Shown in pieces: positions 17,673 to 26,936 of a stretch of 64,000 bases of DNA. The stretch spans positions 148 to 64,147 of the forward strand of contig JBEKFM010000009.1 in NCBI GenBank assembly GCA_050013315.1. Reading direction: 5' to 3'. A model generated the notes under the pieces. That model was not told where the DNA came from. It saw only the letters and a program-made list of their open reading frames with translations, and searched no databases. The DNA is from Candidatus Bathyarchaeia archaeon (lineage in GTDB: Archaea; Thermoproteota; Bathyarchaeia; Bathyarchaeales; Bathycorpusculaceae). The first letter of the stretch is position 1; each line of letters begins with the position of its first letter. Made by a program: the position numbers and the translations under genes.

Positions 17673-18926
17673 TTATTCAGCTTCAGAGAGTTTTTTGGCT
17701 TTTTCTTGGAACTTCTTTATTGATTCTTCTTGTTCTTGTGGATTGTTAACTGTCTCGAAATAGGTTTCCATCTTTCCCGTTTTCTTATTGAATAAGGTAT
17801 GTTCCAGAGTTTTTGGAAAAGTTTGTTGAATGTGGTATAATCCTTCTATGCTCTTCTTCAATTCTTCAACGGTTTTCTGTAAAAGGTCAATTCTCGTTTT
17901 TGATGTGGCGTTTTCGGATTCAACCGCTCTTAATGCGTTCTCAAGTTCAATCAGTTTCTTAGCCTTAATGCCATTTCCATTAATCAACAGCGAAGGCATA
18001 GCCCTAAGATAAACCCCTCTCAATTGGTCTTGGCTGACATATGCCCCTTCACTTATTGCCTTACCTACAATCTGTTTCCATTGGCTTTCTGACGCTAAAG
18101 CACTTAAATGGTCGATGGTGAACTTTCTGAGGCAATGAAACCTTATTCTTTTGCCGTGCGGGTCTATTCCAGCTTTTTTCGCTAAAGTTTGCAGAACTAC
18201 GCTTAAATTATCTTCAGTATCAACAATGATTTTGTCGCTGTCTTTTTTGTCTCTGTTGCTTTCAAGTATTTGCTTAACTATTGGGATTGCGTCACTATCA
18301 AGAAACGGATAAGCCAAAACATTCTCTTTTTGCGTCATTATTTCTCCAATCGCTATTGGTGCATCGTTATCGAGTTTCAAACATCTAAATTGCCCATAAG
18401 TAAAAGTCGTGAAGTCGCTTGCACGTAAACCAACAGATTTGCCAAGAAGCAAAACGTAACGTTGTTTCAAGTCAGCGACTAAAGCCATTTTTGCCAAGTC
18501 TTCTTTATCAAATAAGTAATCTTGTGTTGTTCTCGTTTTCTGCTTGAGCGTTTTCGCTTCTTGTTTTCTAAAGACAAGTGGCATTCGGTAATAGGCGTAA
18601 AAACTTCTTGCCGTCATCATAGCATTAACCGCAAAACTTGAGCTATACGGTTTAGGTTCTTTTCTAACGGTACCTCTTTTTGTCGTTTTCGGTTTAGATT
18701 CAGCTTCTATTTTCCATTTCTCTTCAAGAATCCACTTTTTAAAAGCCATCATTGATTCTTCTACTTTGAAGTCTTTATCAGCCTTCTTAATCTCCAATAG
18801 CTCTTTTCCAGATTTCCCCGTGAAGTCTAAGTAAAACTTCATAGAGGTTTTATAGGTTGCTTTTGTCGAAGGTTTTTCTATAGAATCTAAAAATTGGTTT
18901 ACTTCTAAATCATCCATTGTGTACAT
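17673..18926 (-). CDS. Tyrosine recombinase/integrase with C-terminal coiled coil
   Basis: GLRASD, TQK, FHCLRK, VGK, GAY; SD GGAG before ATG 18926. Confidence 0.9.
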   Translation of the reverse strand: MYTMDDLEVNQFLDSIEKPSTKATYKTSMKFYLDFTGKSGKELLEIKKADKDFKVEESMMAFKKWILEEKWKIEAESKPKTTKRGTVRKEPKPYSSSFAVNAMMTARSFYAYYRMPLVFRKQEAKTLKQKTRTTQDYLFDKEDLAKMALVADLKQRYVLLLGKSVGLRASDFTTFTYGQFRCLKLDNDAPIAIGEIMTQKENVLAYPFLDSDAIPIVKQILESNRDKKDSDKIIVDTEDNLSVVLQTLAKKAGIDPHGKRIRFHCLRKFTIDHLSALASESQWKQIVGKAISEGAYVSQDQLRGVYLRAMPSLLINGNGIKAKKLIELENALRAVESENATSKTRIDLLQKTVEELKKSIEGLYHIQQTFPKTLEHTLFNKKTGKMETYFETVNNPQEQEESIKKFQEKAKKLSEAE

Positions 18927-18953
18927 ATTTGTTGCATCTCCTTTTAGGTTTTG

Positions 18954-18992
18954 TGAATTTAAACTAAATCCAAAAGGCGCAACTTTGCTGGC
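18954..18992 (-). repeat. Right boundary arm (inverted partner of 4498-4537)
   Basis: See left arm; contains the TTTAAACT core at 18958-18965. Confidence 0.65.
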
Positions 18993-18999
18993 GAGTTTG

Positions 19000-19080
19000 G
19001 GGTTTGAATTGTTCGCAGGTTGAGTATAAAAAGTGTGGAAAAGTGCAGAAAAGTGCGAATAAGTTTGAATAAGTGTAAAA
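19000..19080 (+). repeat. Host dispersed repeat with five tandem 10-mers
   Basis: AAGTGTGGAA AAGTGCAGAA AAGTGCGAAT AAGTTTGAAT AAGTGTAAAA after TTGAATTGTTCGCAGGT; relatives at 19198, 55402, 55581. Confidence 0.7.
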
Positions 19081-19314
19081 AAATTTGCTAATGAGGTTTC
19101 CATTATGCCATTAACTCAAGAAGTTAAACCTTAAAATGGCAGTTTAGGAGCTTAGAGTTCTAATTTGTGAGTGTTTTTTCAAAAACTCTTGTTCTGATTG
19201 TTTTGGGTTGTTTTCATGAAACAGAGCTTGAATTGTTTGCAAAATCAAATTGCTAACGTACCTCGTTCTGAAAGGTAACAATTCCCGCAACATTTCTATT
19301 CTTGGAATATATGT

Positions 19315-19533
19315 GTGCTCGAAACACTGCCTTTATATTCTGTTTCCCCACTTTGCTCAAAAATCATCGAGGAGAAAAAAATGATAGAGCAAGAATTCGC
19401 CCAAAATCCTAATGGTGAATTTGCAGAAAAATGCAGAAAAGGACTCGAAAAAGCATATGGTATTGATATTCCAATGCCAAAATGCATGGCTAAAAAGAGC
19501 AGCGCACCAAAAAAAAGGAGCAAACTATTCTGA
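19315..19533 (+). CDS. Hypothetical protein
   Basis: 72-aa ORF followed by a closely spaced ORF. Confidence 0.45.
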   Translation: MLETLPLYSVSPLCSKIIEEKKMIEQEFAQNPNGEFAEKCRKGLEKAYGIDIPMPKCMAKKSSAPKKRSKLF

Positions 19534-19542
19534 GGGGAAAAA

Positions 19543-19755
19543 ATGTTTAAAAAAAGATTACTTGAAACACTAACGCTTTCTCAAAACGGAAATAAACCTG
19601 ACGAAGAAACGGTTCAAGCTATGACCAAAATTCAAAAGCAAAAAAGACTCTCCAGTCAAGAATTCCTAAAGGTCTACGACACAATCTGGAAGGAAGGTCC
19701 CAAAACAGCATATCAATCTCCAGATAGCTGGAGAAGAAACGGAGACGTTTGCTAA
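19543..19755 (+). CDS. Hypothetical protein
   Basis: SD GAGGGG before ATG. Confidence 0.55.
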   Translation: MFKKRLLETLTLSQNGNKPDEETVQAMTKIQKQKRLSSQEFLKVYDTIWKEGPKTAYQSPDSWRRNGDVC

Positions 19756-20242
19756 CCAAAAAACGCAACACACGTCAACAACACGGCCCCGGCAAAAGCA
19801 AGCGCCACATCAATAGCTCAAACTTGGCCAAAGACATAGCCCTCAAACGCATCATAAATTGTCTGCCCAGAATTAATGGTCAGAAAAACCTACTATCAGA
19901 AGGCGACAATTCTTCAGATTCCGACGTTTTCTTTTCAGGTAAAGTTACCAAGATTTCACAGAACAAAAAAGTTCAATTACCTTTGAGTTAGTTTCATCTC
20001 TCTGCTATCTTTAGTTGCGAGTCGAAGGATAGAAGATTTTTATTGATTGGATTTCCACAGTTTACTGAGTACATTGAAGGAGTAATTTACGATCCTTATC
20101 AAATAATGAAAAATACTCACGCGACCGTCTTGTTACTTCTTCTGTTGATTCTCCAATTCACAGTGGTTGTTATCTTTCGGTTTATAGAAAATCCTATCCC
20201 AACACTGCGTTTTTTGATGGTTCTTAAACATTGAACCGGTCA

Positions 20243-20326
20243 TTAAATTAATAGCCAAAGCAGGATTGCGAAGGCTACACAAGCACCAAATATTCCGAAC
20301 CACGTTTTGGCTGGATTATCTTTCAT
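20243..20326 (-). CDS. Small single-TM peptide (27 aa)
   Basis: SD AGGTGA; MKDNPAKTWFGIFGACVAFAILLWLLI. Confidence 0.45.
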   Translation of the reverse strand: MKDNPAKTWFGIFGACVAFAILLWLLI

Positions 20327-20612
20327 CTTCTATCACCTTGGATTAACGCTTGATGCATCCGTAAACCTAGTTTTAACTCAAAATTTAAAGCGTATTTCAA
20401 CGGTATGAATATATCAAAAATTGAAACAGCCTAACCCCGACTCAAAGCCGTTTTCTTTGAGTAGGCTAGCTTTTCGGGTAGCCTTGGCGGCTTTTCAAAC
20501 TCCTGCAAGAAGTAAAGATAGTACTTAGGGGATCTAGGATATGCATGGAGATGTGGAAGAGCTTTAGTGTGTAGCCTAATAAAGGAACACTTGGAAAAAT
20601 GGGTTGAGTTTC

Positions 20613-21044
20613 TTATCCTCGGTTGCCGTAGCTTTTGTTCATGCAGTCTTGGCAATAATTCCGCTTAAACTTTCTTATTCGTTTGGGCTGGAAGAGTTTT
20701 CCGCATGAACTGCATTTTATTTGATTAATTGTTTTCGGGTCAAGAAGTTTCAGTCTTCGTTCAATTTCCGTTTTAACTTCAGGATTGTTTTCACTCGCTA
20801 ACGCGTGTATTAACAGCGTTTTAGCTTGCTCTTCGCATTTTTCTCCAAAAAGCTTTGAGAAAACACTGTTCTTTTTCTGGTCTACACTTATCTGAGAAGG
20901 TAACATGCAGATAAAATTCGACGGGTAACCCTTTGCCTTATCTGAGTCAATTACAGCAAAGCGATACCGCCTGCCCAAATAGTTTCCCTCAATATTATCT
21001 TCAGTAAATATCTGTAACTTGAACTTCATTACAAACCCACACAT
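20613..21044 (-). CDS. Hypothetical protein with C-terminal zinc finger
   Basis: CSSCG...YCQDC. Confidence 0.75.
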   Translation of the reverse strand: MCGFVMKFKLQIFTEDNIEGNYLGRRYRFAVIDSDKAKGYPSNFICMLPSQISVDQKKNSVFSKLFGEKCEEQAKTLLIHALASENNPEVKTEIERRLKLLDPKTINQIKCSSCGKLFQPKRIRKFKRNYCQDCMNKSYGNRG

Positions 21045-21412
21045 ATAAAGGACAAGCCAAACTAATATCTATAATCCTCCCACAAATGCAGATTCCATCA
21101 ATAATACCTATTACTTTAATGAAGCTCGGTAAAAAAACACAGAAAAACGCGTAATTCCATCTTGATTGACATTTTCAGCAATCTTTGCGATAGATGAGCA
21201 CCCATTTTAATTAATTATTGTTTTTTGTTCCAACGTGGGCATAAGAATACACTTGCAAAAGTACTATTATCGTCGTTTTAGCCTTGTCTAAACGCCAGGC
21301 TAGGACAATGTACGCATGAATTGGTTAAGAAAAAATGGGAAAGGTCGGTAGAAGTCGCTATGGCATTTTTTTTGGGGTAACTCAGAAAGAAACAATGGTG
21401 GAAGACATTGGG

Positions 21413-22339
21413 CTACCTTTCTTGCGGTTTTGATGCGCCGGTGAAGCTTGCGGAGTTTTTGAAATTGAATGCTGCAACCAATTCTTTGAAGTTGACAACG
21501 ATTAGAGACAGCAAAGTGAAGAAGGGTATTAGAGAATAATAGTAAAGGGGTGTGGCGACGGCAGAGGAAAAAACCATGCCTATGAAACCAGAGCCCATTC
21601 CCGGATAAAGAAGCATCAGATTTGATAAGATCAAAGCACTAATTGTACTTGCCGTTGCAGCTCTAAGGTTTTTGCGGTTGTACATTATGAAGAGAGGCAG
21701 AGCCAACAGTCCGAACCTTGGGTCAAAAAATCCAAATGCCAAGGCAATTCCAGACAGGATTGGTCTTCCCTGTTTGCCGAAGTAGAAGCTAAGTAGGAGC
21801 AATAAGATGACGAACACTTTAGCTTGTCCTTCGCCCCACTGCCAATAGTAGCTTGGAGAGAAGCCCCACTGCAGGGTGGGGAAAGGCAATAGCAAAGCAA
21901 TAGCCATAACCACGAAGGTTACTGCAAGATGCTTGTTATCTAGGAGCCTGTAAAGCAGATACGCCATTGCGGGGAGAAGCATAAACTGGATTATATCGAA
22001 GACTAACAGTGCCTGCTGATAATTCAACGAGAGTAAAGGCGAGATAACCAGCAGGAAAGAAGGCAGATACTTGTAGGCTTCAGGATGAGGAAGGATGACT
22101 GGTTCTCCGTCGCCTAAGGCTCCGAAAGTGTAAATGTGTGATGGATTATTCCAGAGTCTCCAAGCGCCCATGTAATAGGCTGAGAAGTCTTTTGCTAGTA
22201 TGGTGCCTGAAGTGTTAATGCCCGCGTTGAGCGTGTAAGTTTGAGGATAAGCCACTATAAAAGTGTACAAATTCAAGCCGATAAGTACTGCGATTCCTAT
22301 AATGAAAACAATTTTGGTTAAGCGTGGTTGCCGACTCAT
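21413..22339 (-). CDS. GT87 (DUF2029) family membrane glycosyltransferase
   Basis: DFSAYY, YKYLP, GQ motifs, multiple TMs. Confidence 0.8.
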   Translation of the reverse strand: MSRQPRLTKIVFIIGIAVLIGLNLYTFIVAYPQTYTLNAGINTSGTILAKDFSAYYMGAWRLWNNPSHIYTFGALGDGEPVILPHPEAYKYLPSFLLVISPLLSLNYQQALLVFDIIQFMLLPAMAYLLYRLLDNKHLAVTFVVMAIALLLPFPTLQWGFSPSYYWQWGEGQAKVFVILLLLLSFYFGKQGRPILSGIALAFGFFDPRFGLLALPLFIMYNRKNLRAATASTISALILSNLMLLYPGMGSGFIGMVFSSAVATPLYYYSLIPFFTLLSLIVVNFKELVAAFNFKNSASFTGASKPQER

Positions 22340-22562
22340 TTTTATCCAACACTTGTCTGGCAGCTCTGCATTAATATGCGGTTGGACTTTTTATAGTTTG
22401 GTCGGTGCAGCTTTTTTGTCTTTGAAAGTTTTCGTATATGCTATTGTATCCGTTAACCGCCATTTTTTTAAAGTTGTATTACAAGTGTACTACACATGAT
22501 AATGCTTTTATTCGATTTCTACTTGAAGCCATTAACTGCGCAGCCTAAAGATTGAATGTGAA

Positions 22563-23153
22563 ATGATGATGCATAAACAAAGTAAAGCTCAACAAGTCTC
22601 AATAACCGCGATGACAGCAGCACTCTACGCCATTTTCTTCTTTCTATCTTATGTTATAGCAGTTCCAAAGTTCACAGTTCTATACCTTCCAATAATCCTG
22701 TTAGGAGTCTTCCCGCTTTGGTTCGGATGGAGCGGCTTAGTCGGTAGCATGATAGGCGCCTTCATAGGAGGGGTTTACGTTGAAGGTTTGCCCTTGTACC
22801 TCGCTTGGGTAGAAATAACCACCGCCTTCGTTATATACGGTTTAAACTGGTTGCTCATCCCAACGGCAGCTACGGAAGCAAAGACAAAAAAAGCTCTCAT
22901 CATGCTCTCCAGTATCTATGCCTTGACCTTGTTTGTAGGCACAAGCGTCATTCTTTGGCAATTCGCTACTGTTGGCTTAGTTACCACCGACGTTGCTTGG
23001 GTTCTGCTCTTGCCTACATTTGGACTCAATCTACCCATAGTCTTGATTACCTGTCCCGCTCTGATTAGGGCAGTGTCTCCGAAACTAAAAACTTGGGGCA
23101 TGTACTCTGGTAACTTTGCTGAATGGCGTAGGTTCAGAGCCAAATCTAAGTAA
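22563..23153 (+). CDS. ECF transporter S component-like membrane protein
   Basis: AMTAALY, FPLWFG..G..G..IG. Confidence 0.7.
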   Translation: MMMHKQSKAQQVSITAMTAALYAIFFFLSYVIAVPKFTVLYLPIILLGVFPLWFGWSGLVGSMIGAFIGGVYVEGLPLYLAWVEITTAFVIYGLNWLLIPTAATEAKTKKALIMLSSIYALTLFVGTSVILWQFATVGLVTTDVAWVLLLPTFGLNLPIVLITCPALIRAVSPKLKTWGMYSGNFAEWRRFRAKSK

Positions 23154-23293
23154 AAAAACCTGCGTTTCTCTATTAATCTTTTAATGACCATCAAAAGTTG
23201 ACTTTAACTCTCTTCTATAACCATGCAAAAAAGGTTCGAACCTGAATAATAGGCAATGCTTTTAAGCTATCTTTTCCCTTAAGGCAGCTCTGA

Positions 23294-23824
23294 GTGCCCG
23301 ATATGAAAATAAGAATAATAAAACTAACCCCTGAATTCCTTGTTGAATTGTTGCAAGGAAAAGTATCCTCTTTTGCTTCCAACCTGCCTCGCGACGCTGA
23401 ACTATTAGACCTAAAGTTAGATTTGTTTCGCAAACAAGTGCTTGCAATAGTTAGAAGCGACAGTTTCGAAGATGTTGCCGAATCTTACCCAATCCCAGAA
23501 TTTAACCTAACAAACATTGCAGAATCTAAAACCGCACCTAAGCCATCTGCAACCGTTAAGCTAGAATGGAAGCCCGAACCTAAACCTACAAACGTAAAGC
23601 CAATTCAACCAAGCAAAACCACGATCAAAATGGAAAATGAATTTAGCCCGGAACAGCGCAAGTTACTCAGTTTTACAGTCAAAGGAGATTACGTTGTGGT
23701 AAAGCCCGTTCAGTTTTTGAAGGCTGAATGGGATGATATCAATGAGGTTGTCCGAAGTCTAGGCGGCAAATGGGTAAAAGGTGACATCATCAGTTACTGG
23801 GAAATCCCAATGCAACAAGGTTGA
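23294..23824 (+). CDS. Hypothetical protein
   Basis: 176-aa ORF, two domains joined by a Pro/Lys linker. Confidence 0.7.
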   Translation: MPDMKIRIIKLTPEFLVELLQGKVSSFASNLPRDAELLDLKLDLFRKQVLAIVRSDSFEDVAESYPIPEFNLTNIAESKTAPKPSATVKLEWKPEPKPTNVKPIQPSKTTIKMENEFSPEQRKLLSFTVKGDYVVVKPVQFLKAEWDDINEVVRSLGGKWVKGDIISYWEIPMQQG

Positions 23825-23833
23825 CAATCTGCT

Positions 23834-24298
23834 TTGAGTAAAAAACGAAAACCCTTTAAACAAGATGCCACTACTGAGAATCAGAGTTGTATTAAGATGG
23901 AAAAAACCGATAAACCTTTAACTAGAGACGCACTAGTCTCGATGCAAGTTATAGACGCAAAAGGACGATCGCTAGGAAAAGTTAAAGATATCGCTTTCGC
24001 CGTTGGAAAGACGGGCATTTCCTTGTCAGTGGAGAATGAAGACGGGGAAATCCAACACATCTCCTGGGAAGATGTTCAAGCAGCATCAGACTGCATAATC
24101 CTAAAGCCAGTTCCACAAAGCATTAGTCCCGTTAGCGAGGTCGAAAAAGCTTCTGGACCCAGCAAATCACAGCAGCCAGTTCAAACTGCAGTTCAAAAGC
24201 AGTCAACTCAACCACTTTGCCCAACGTGCAATCAACCTCTCACATGGATTCCACAATACCAAAGATGGTACTGCTACAACGACAAGAAATACGTCTAA
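23834..24298 (+). CDS. PRC-barrel protein with C-terminal zinc ribbon (start may be ATG 23897)
   Basis: VIDAKGRSLGKVKDI...ISWEDV; CPTCNQPLTWIPQYQRWYC. Confidence 0.8.
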   Translation: MSKKRKPFKQDATTENQSCIKMEKTDKPLTRDALVSMQVIDAKGRSLGKVKDIAFAVGKTGISLSVENEDGEIQHISWEDVQAASDCIILKPVPQSISPVSEVEKASGPSKSQQPVQTAVQKQSTQPLCPTCNQPLTWIPQYQRWYCYNDKKYV

Positions 24299-24339
24299 CA
24301 TAGCGTAAAATATCATCAAATGCTTTTATTTTTTTGATT

Positions 24340-25020
24340 TTATCCTGTTTCATTTGGCAGAGGATTTTCCAGTATTCTGATTGTTCCGTTTTTTCCAAGG
24401 CGCAGTTGCCTCTCACCCTTAAACTTAGCCACATGAGTGTTCTTAACTTCTATACAGTTACCTACTGAGACAGAGTTTACTTGTTGGTCCCAGAGGCAAA
24501 GCATGATTTTTCCAGTTTCATCTCCAATCAACGCGTTTGAAACAAGAGCGTTATCTCTAAATTGAGTATGAACTTTGGCTGGCTTAGAAGTTTCCAACAC
24601 TTCAGCGATCAGATTTATTTTTTTCATGCCTACGCGTAAATCCTCTATCTTAGCATGAAACGGTGGCGGGTTTTGCTTGGCTATCTCTTTTCGGATTTTA
24701 CTGGTGTCCATGGAATTATCGAATGAAACATCCTTTTTTGAAAGTGTTTCTTCAGGAACTCGGAACTGTGCCACTACTTTATTATCTTTTTTAATTAGGA
24801 AGATAGCTTGGTCGTTTACCTTTCCTCGATATTCAATCGTTAAATCTTCACATACTGATTTTTGATGTCCTTTCGCTAGGGTTAAGGCTTGAAAGAGTTC
24901 TGCAGGGTAAATACTATGTTGTGCCGAAATAAAGGCAAGCTGATCTTCTAATGTAGGCTTTTTTGTTCTCATATTATACTTTTCCTCATTCTTTATTGAG
25001 AAAATTATCTCGAAAAGCAA
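24340..25020 (-). CDS. OB-fold ssDNA-binding (SSB/RPA-like) protein
   Basis: KIEDLRVGM..INL...IGDETGKI.L.LW...G.RQL.LG. Confidence 0.85.
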   Translation of the reverse strand: MLFEIIFSIKNEEKYNMRTKKPTLEDQLAFISAQHSIYPAELFQALTLAKGHQKSVCEDLTIEYRGKVNDQAIFLIKKDNKVVAQFRVPEETLSKKDVSFDNSMDTSKIRKEIAKQNPPPFHAKIEDLRVGMKKINLIAEVLETSKPAKVHTQFRDNALVSNALIGDETGKIMLCLWDQQVNSVSVGNCIEVKNTHVAKFKGERQLRLGKNGTIRILENPLPNETG

Positions 25021-25240
25021 CCAATAATTTGCTCAAAATTTGCTTTCTCTCGATTGATTCTGATAACTAATAGTACCATAATTAACTATATAGGTGTAGC
25101 TATAAGAAATTTGGATTTTTCATTTTAATTCAGAGCACTATGCGTTTTTTCTCCGAAAGAGAAAAAAGACTAGGCTCGACAATTATGATTATTGTGAGAA
25201 GTCGTTTGGAACTTGAACTGAATAGTTTTGGTGCAAAATT

Positions 25241-26116
25241 ATGGTGGACGACCTTAAAGAACTAACCAAAGTCAAACTAACGAACCTAAAAAAGATCTTG
25301 TACCCTAAAATTAACGTTTCTAAGAGCCAGGTTATCGAGTTCTACATCAAAATGGCCCCCAAGATCCTACCGATTATATCAGATCGACCGTTAGTTTTGA
25401 CCAGATATCCCGATGGCGTGGACAAAGATAACGTTAGTTTTTTTGAAAAAAACGCTCCAGAAGGAATGCCCGAATGGGTTGTGACAAAAAGAATTTACTC
25501 TGAAACAACCAAGCGAGACGTCGACTACGTCATTTGCAATGATTTGGATACTCTCATTTGGTTGGCAAATTTGGCAGCTCTAGAAATCCACATGCCATTC
25601 TCAAAAGTAAACGCTCTAGACAGGCCTGATTTTCTTTTTTTTGATATTGACCCTGAACCGCCAGCCACGTTAAGTGATGCAGGAGAGGTTGCGCTTTTGC
25701 TAAGAGACAAACTTGAGGACTTAGAACTAACGCCTTTTATTAAAACTTCAGGCAAGAAAGGTCTCCATGTTATAATTCCAATTATTCCAGAACCTATGTT
25801 TGAGAAAACAAGGGGGTTTGTGCATGAAATAGGAATTGAGTTAGCTAAAGAAAGTAACATGGTAGTTTCAGAGTTTAAAGATACAAAGAAACCTGGCAAA
25901 GTTTTCGCTGATTACCTTCAGAATTCGCCTGGAAGAACAATGGTTGTTCCGTACAGTTTAAGGCCAACACCTGAAGCGACGGTTTCAACGCCTTTAGAAT
26001 GGTCTGAAGTAAAGAAAGGCATAAACCCTTCGGATTTCACTATCTTTAGTGTAGTTAACCGGAAAAGTAATCCGTGGAAGGACATTTTTGAAAAAAGATG
26101 CAAACTTGAGGCGTAA
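25241..26116 (+). CDS. ligD: LigD primase-polymerase domain (NHEJ Pol)
   Basis: RYPDG...FFEKN, FDIDP, KTSGKKGLH, DYLQN, PYSLR...VSTPL.W. Confidence 0.95.
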   Translation: MVDDLKELTKVKLTNLKKILYPKINVSKSQVIEFYIKMAPKILPIISDRPLVLTRYPDGVDKDNVSFFEKNAPEGMPEWVVTKRIYSETTKRDVDYVICNDLDTLIWLANLAALEIHMPFSKVNALDRPDFLFFDIDPEPPATLSDAGEVALLLRDKLEDLELTPFIKTSGKKGLHVIIPIIPEPMFEKTRGFVHEIGIELAKESNMVVSEFKDTKKPGKVFADYLQNSPGRTMVVPYSLRPTPEATVSTPLEWSEVKKGINPSDFTIFSVVNRKSNPWKDIFEKRCKLEA

Positions 26117-26118
26117 TC

Positions 26119-26934
26119 ATGACCCAAGAAGATTTAGAGAAAGAGGAACGTGTAAGCGCTAGCGTCCCTAGAAGACCAATTTGGTCTGGAAGTGTGACTA
26201 TAGGTTTGGTTAACCTTCCTGTCAAAGTGTACCCTATGATTTACGATAAAGGAGTATCATTTCACTTTCTTCATAAGGTTGATGGTCAGCCTTTAAAATA
26301 CGTTAAAATGTGCACTAAAGATGACAAGATAGTGCCATGGGACGAGGTTATGAGAGGCTATGAAGTTGCTAAGAACGAGTACGTTACATTTGAAGCGAAA
26401 GAACTTGATGCTATCAAACCAGAATCCGATCGGCAAATCCGAATCAGCAAGTTTGTAGACTATTTCTCAGTTGATCCAGTTTACTTTGATAAAACCTATG
26501 CTTTGATACCTGACAAAAGCGCAGAAGCGTACAGTTTACTGTTAACTGCGCTTGAAAGAAAAAACAAAGCCGGTGCTGGACGAATAACTTTACGTACTAA
26601 AGAATATCCTGCCTTATTGCACACGTATAAAGGTGCACTTGTTTTAACGACTCTACGTTATGCCTATGATGTTGTGAATCCTCAGGATTTTGAAGACCTA
26701 AAGAAGCTGAAGGAGCCAATCAAAACTGAGTTGGATATGGCTATAAAAATTGTCACTGACCTTTCAGGAGAGTTTGATATTACAGAATTTGAGGACGGCT
26801 ACATGAAAAGAGTGGAAGAAATGATAGGTCAGAAACTGAAAGGCGAAAAAATCCATGTTGAGAAGCCTCCAGAAGTTGAAGCTAAAAGTCTCATGGTTGC
26901 CCTGAGGGAAACTCTAAAGCAGTTGGAAAAGTAG
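26119..26934 (+). CDS. ku: Ku protein
   Basis: RPIWSGSVTIGLVNLPVK, GYEV, DPVYFDKTY. Confidence 0.95.
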   Translation: MTQEDLEKEERVSASVPRRPIWSGSVTIGLVNLPVKVYPMIYDKGVSFHFLHKVDGQPLKYVKMCTKDDKIVPWDEVMRGYEVAKNEYVTFEAKELDAIKPESDRQIRISKFVDYFSVDPVYFDKTYALIPDKSAEAYSLLLTALERKNKAGAGRITLRTKEYPALLHTYKGALVLTTLRYAYDVVNPQDFEDLKKLKEPIKTELDMAIKIVTDLSGEFDITEFEDGYMKRVEEMIGQKLKGEKIHVEKPPEVEAKSLMVALRETLKQLEK

Positions 26935-26936
26935 CA

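Larger units (their letters stand above)
4528..18965. mobile_element. Integrated tyrosine-recombinase element (provirus/satellite-like), ~14.4 kb
   Basis: Integrase at right end, TTTAAACT direct core at 4528-4535 and 18958-18965 within imperfect inverted arms, virus/plasmid-like gene content. Confidence 0.75.

Noticed and set aside
19031-19080. CRISPR array
   Set aside because: 10-bp contiguous repeats without spacers; no cas genes in the window
18927-19103. 59-aa N-terminal extension of the integrase given by the ORF track
   Set aside because: Runs through the boundary arm and a 10-mer repeat array; a better SD+ATG exists at 18926
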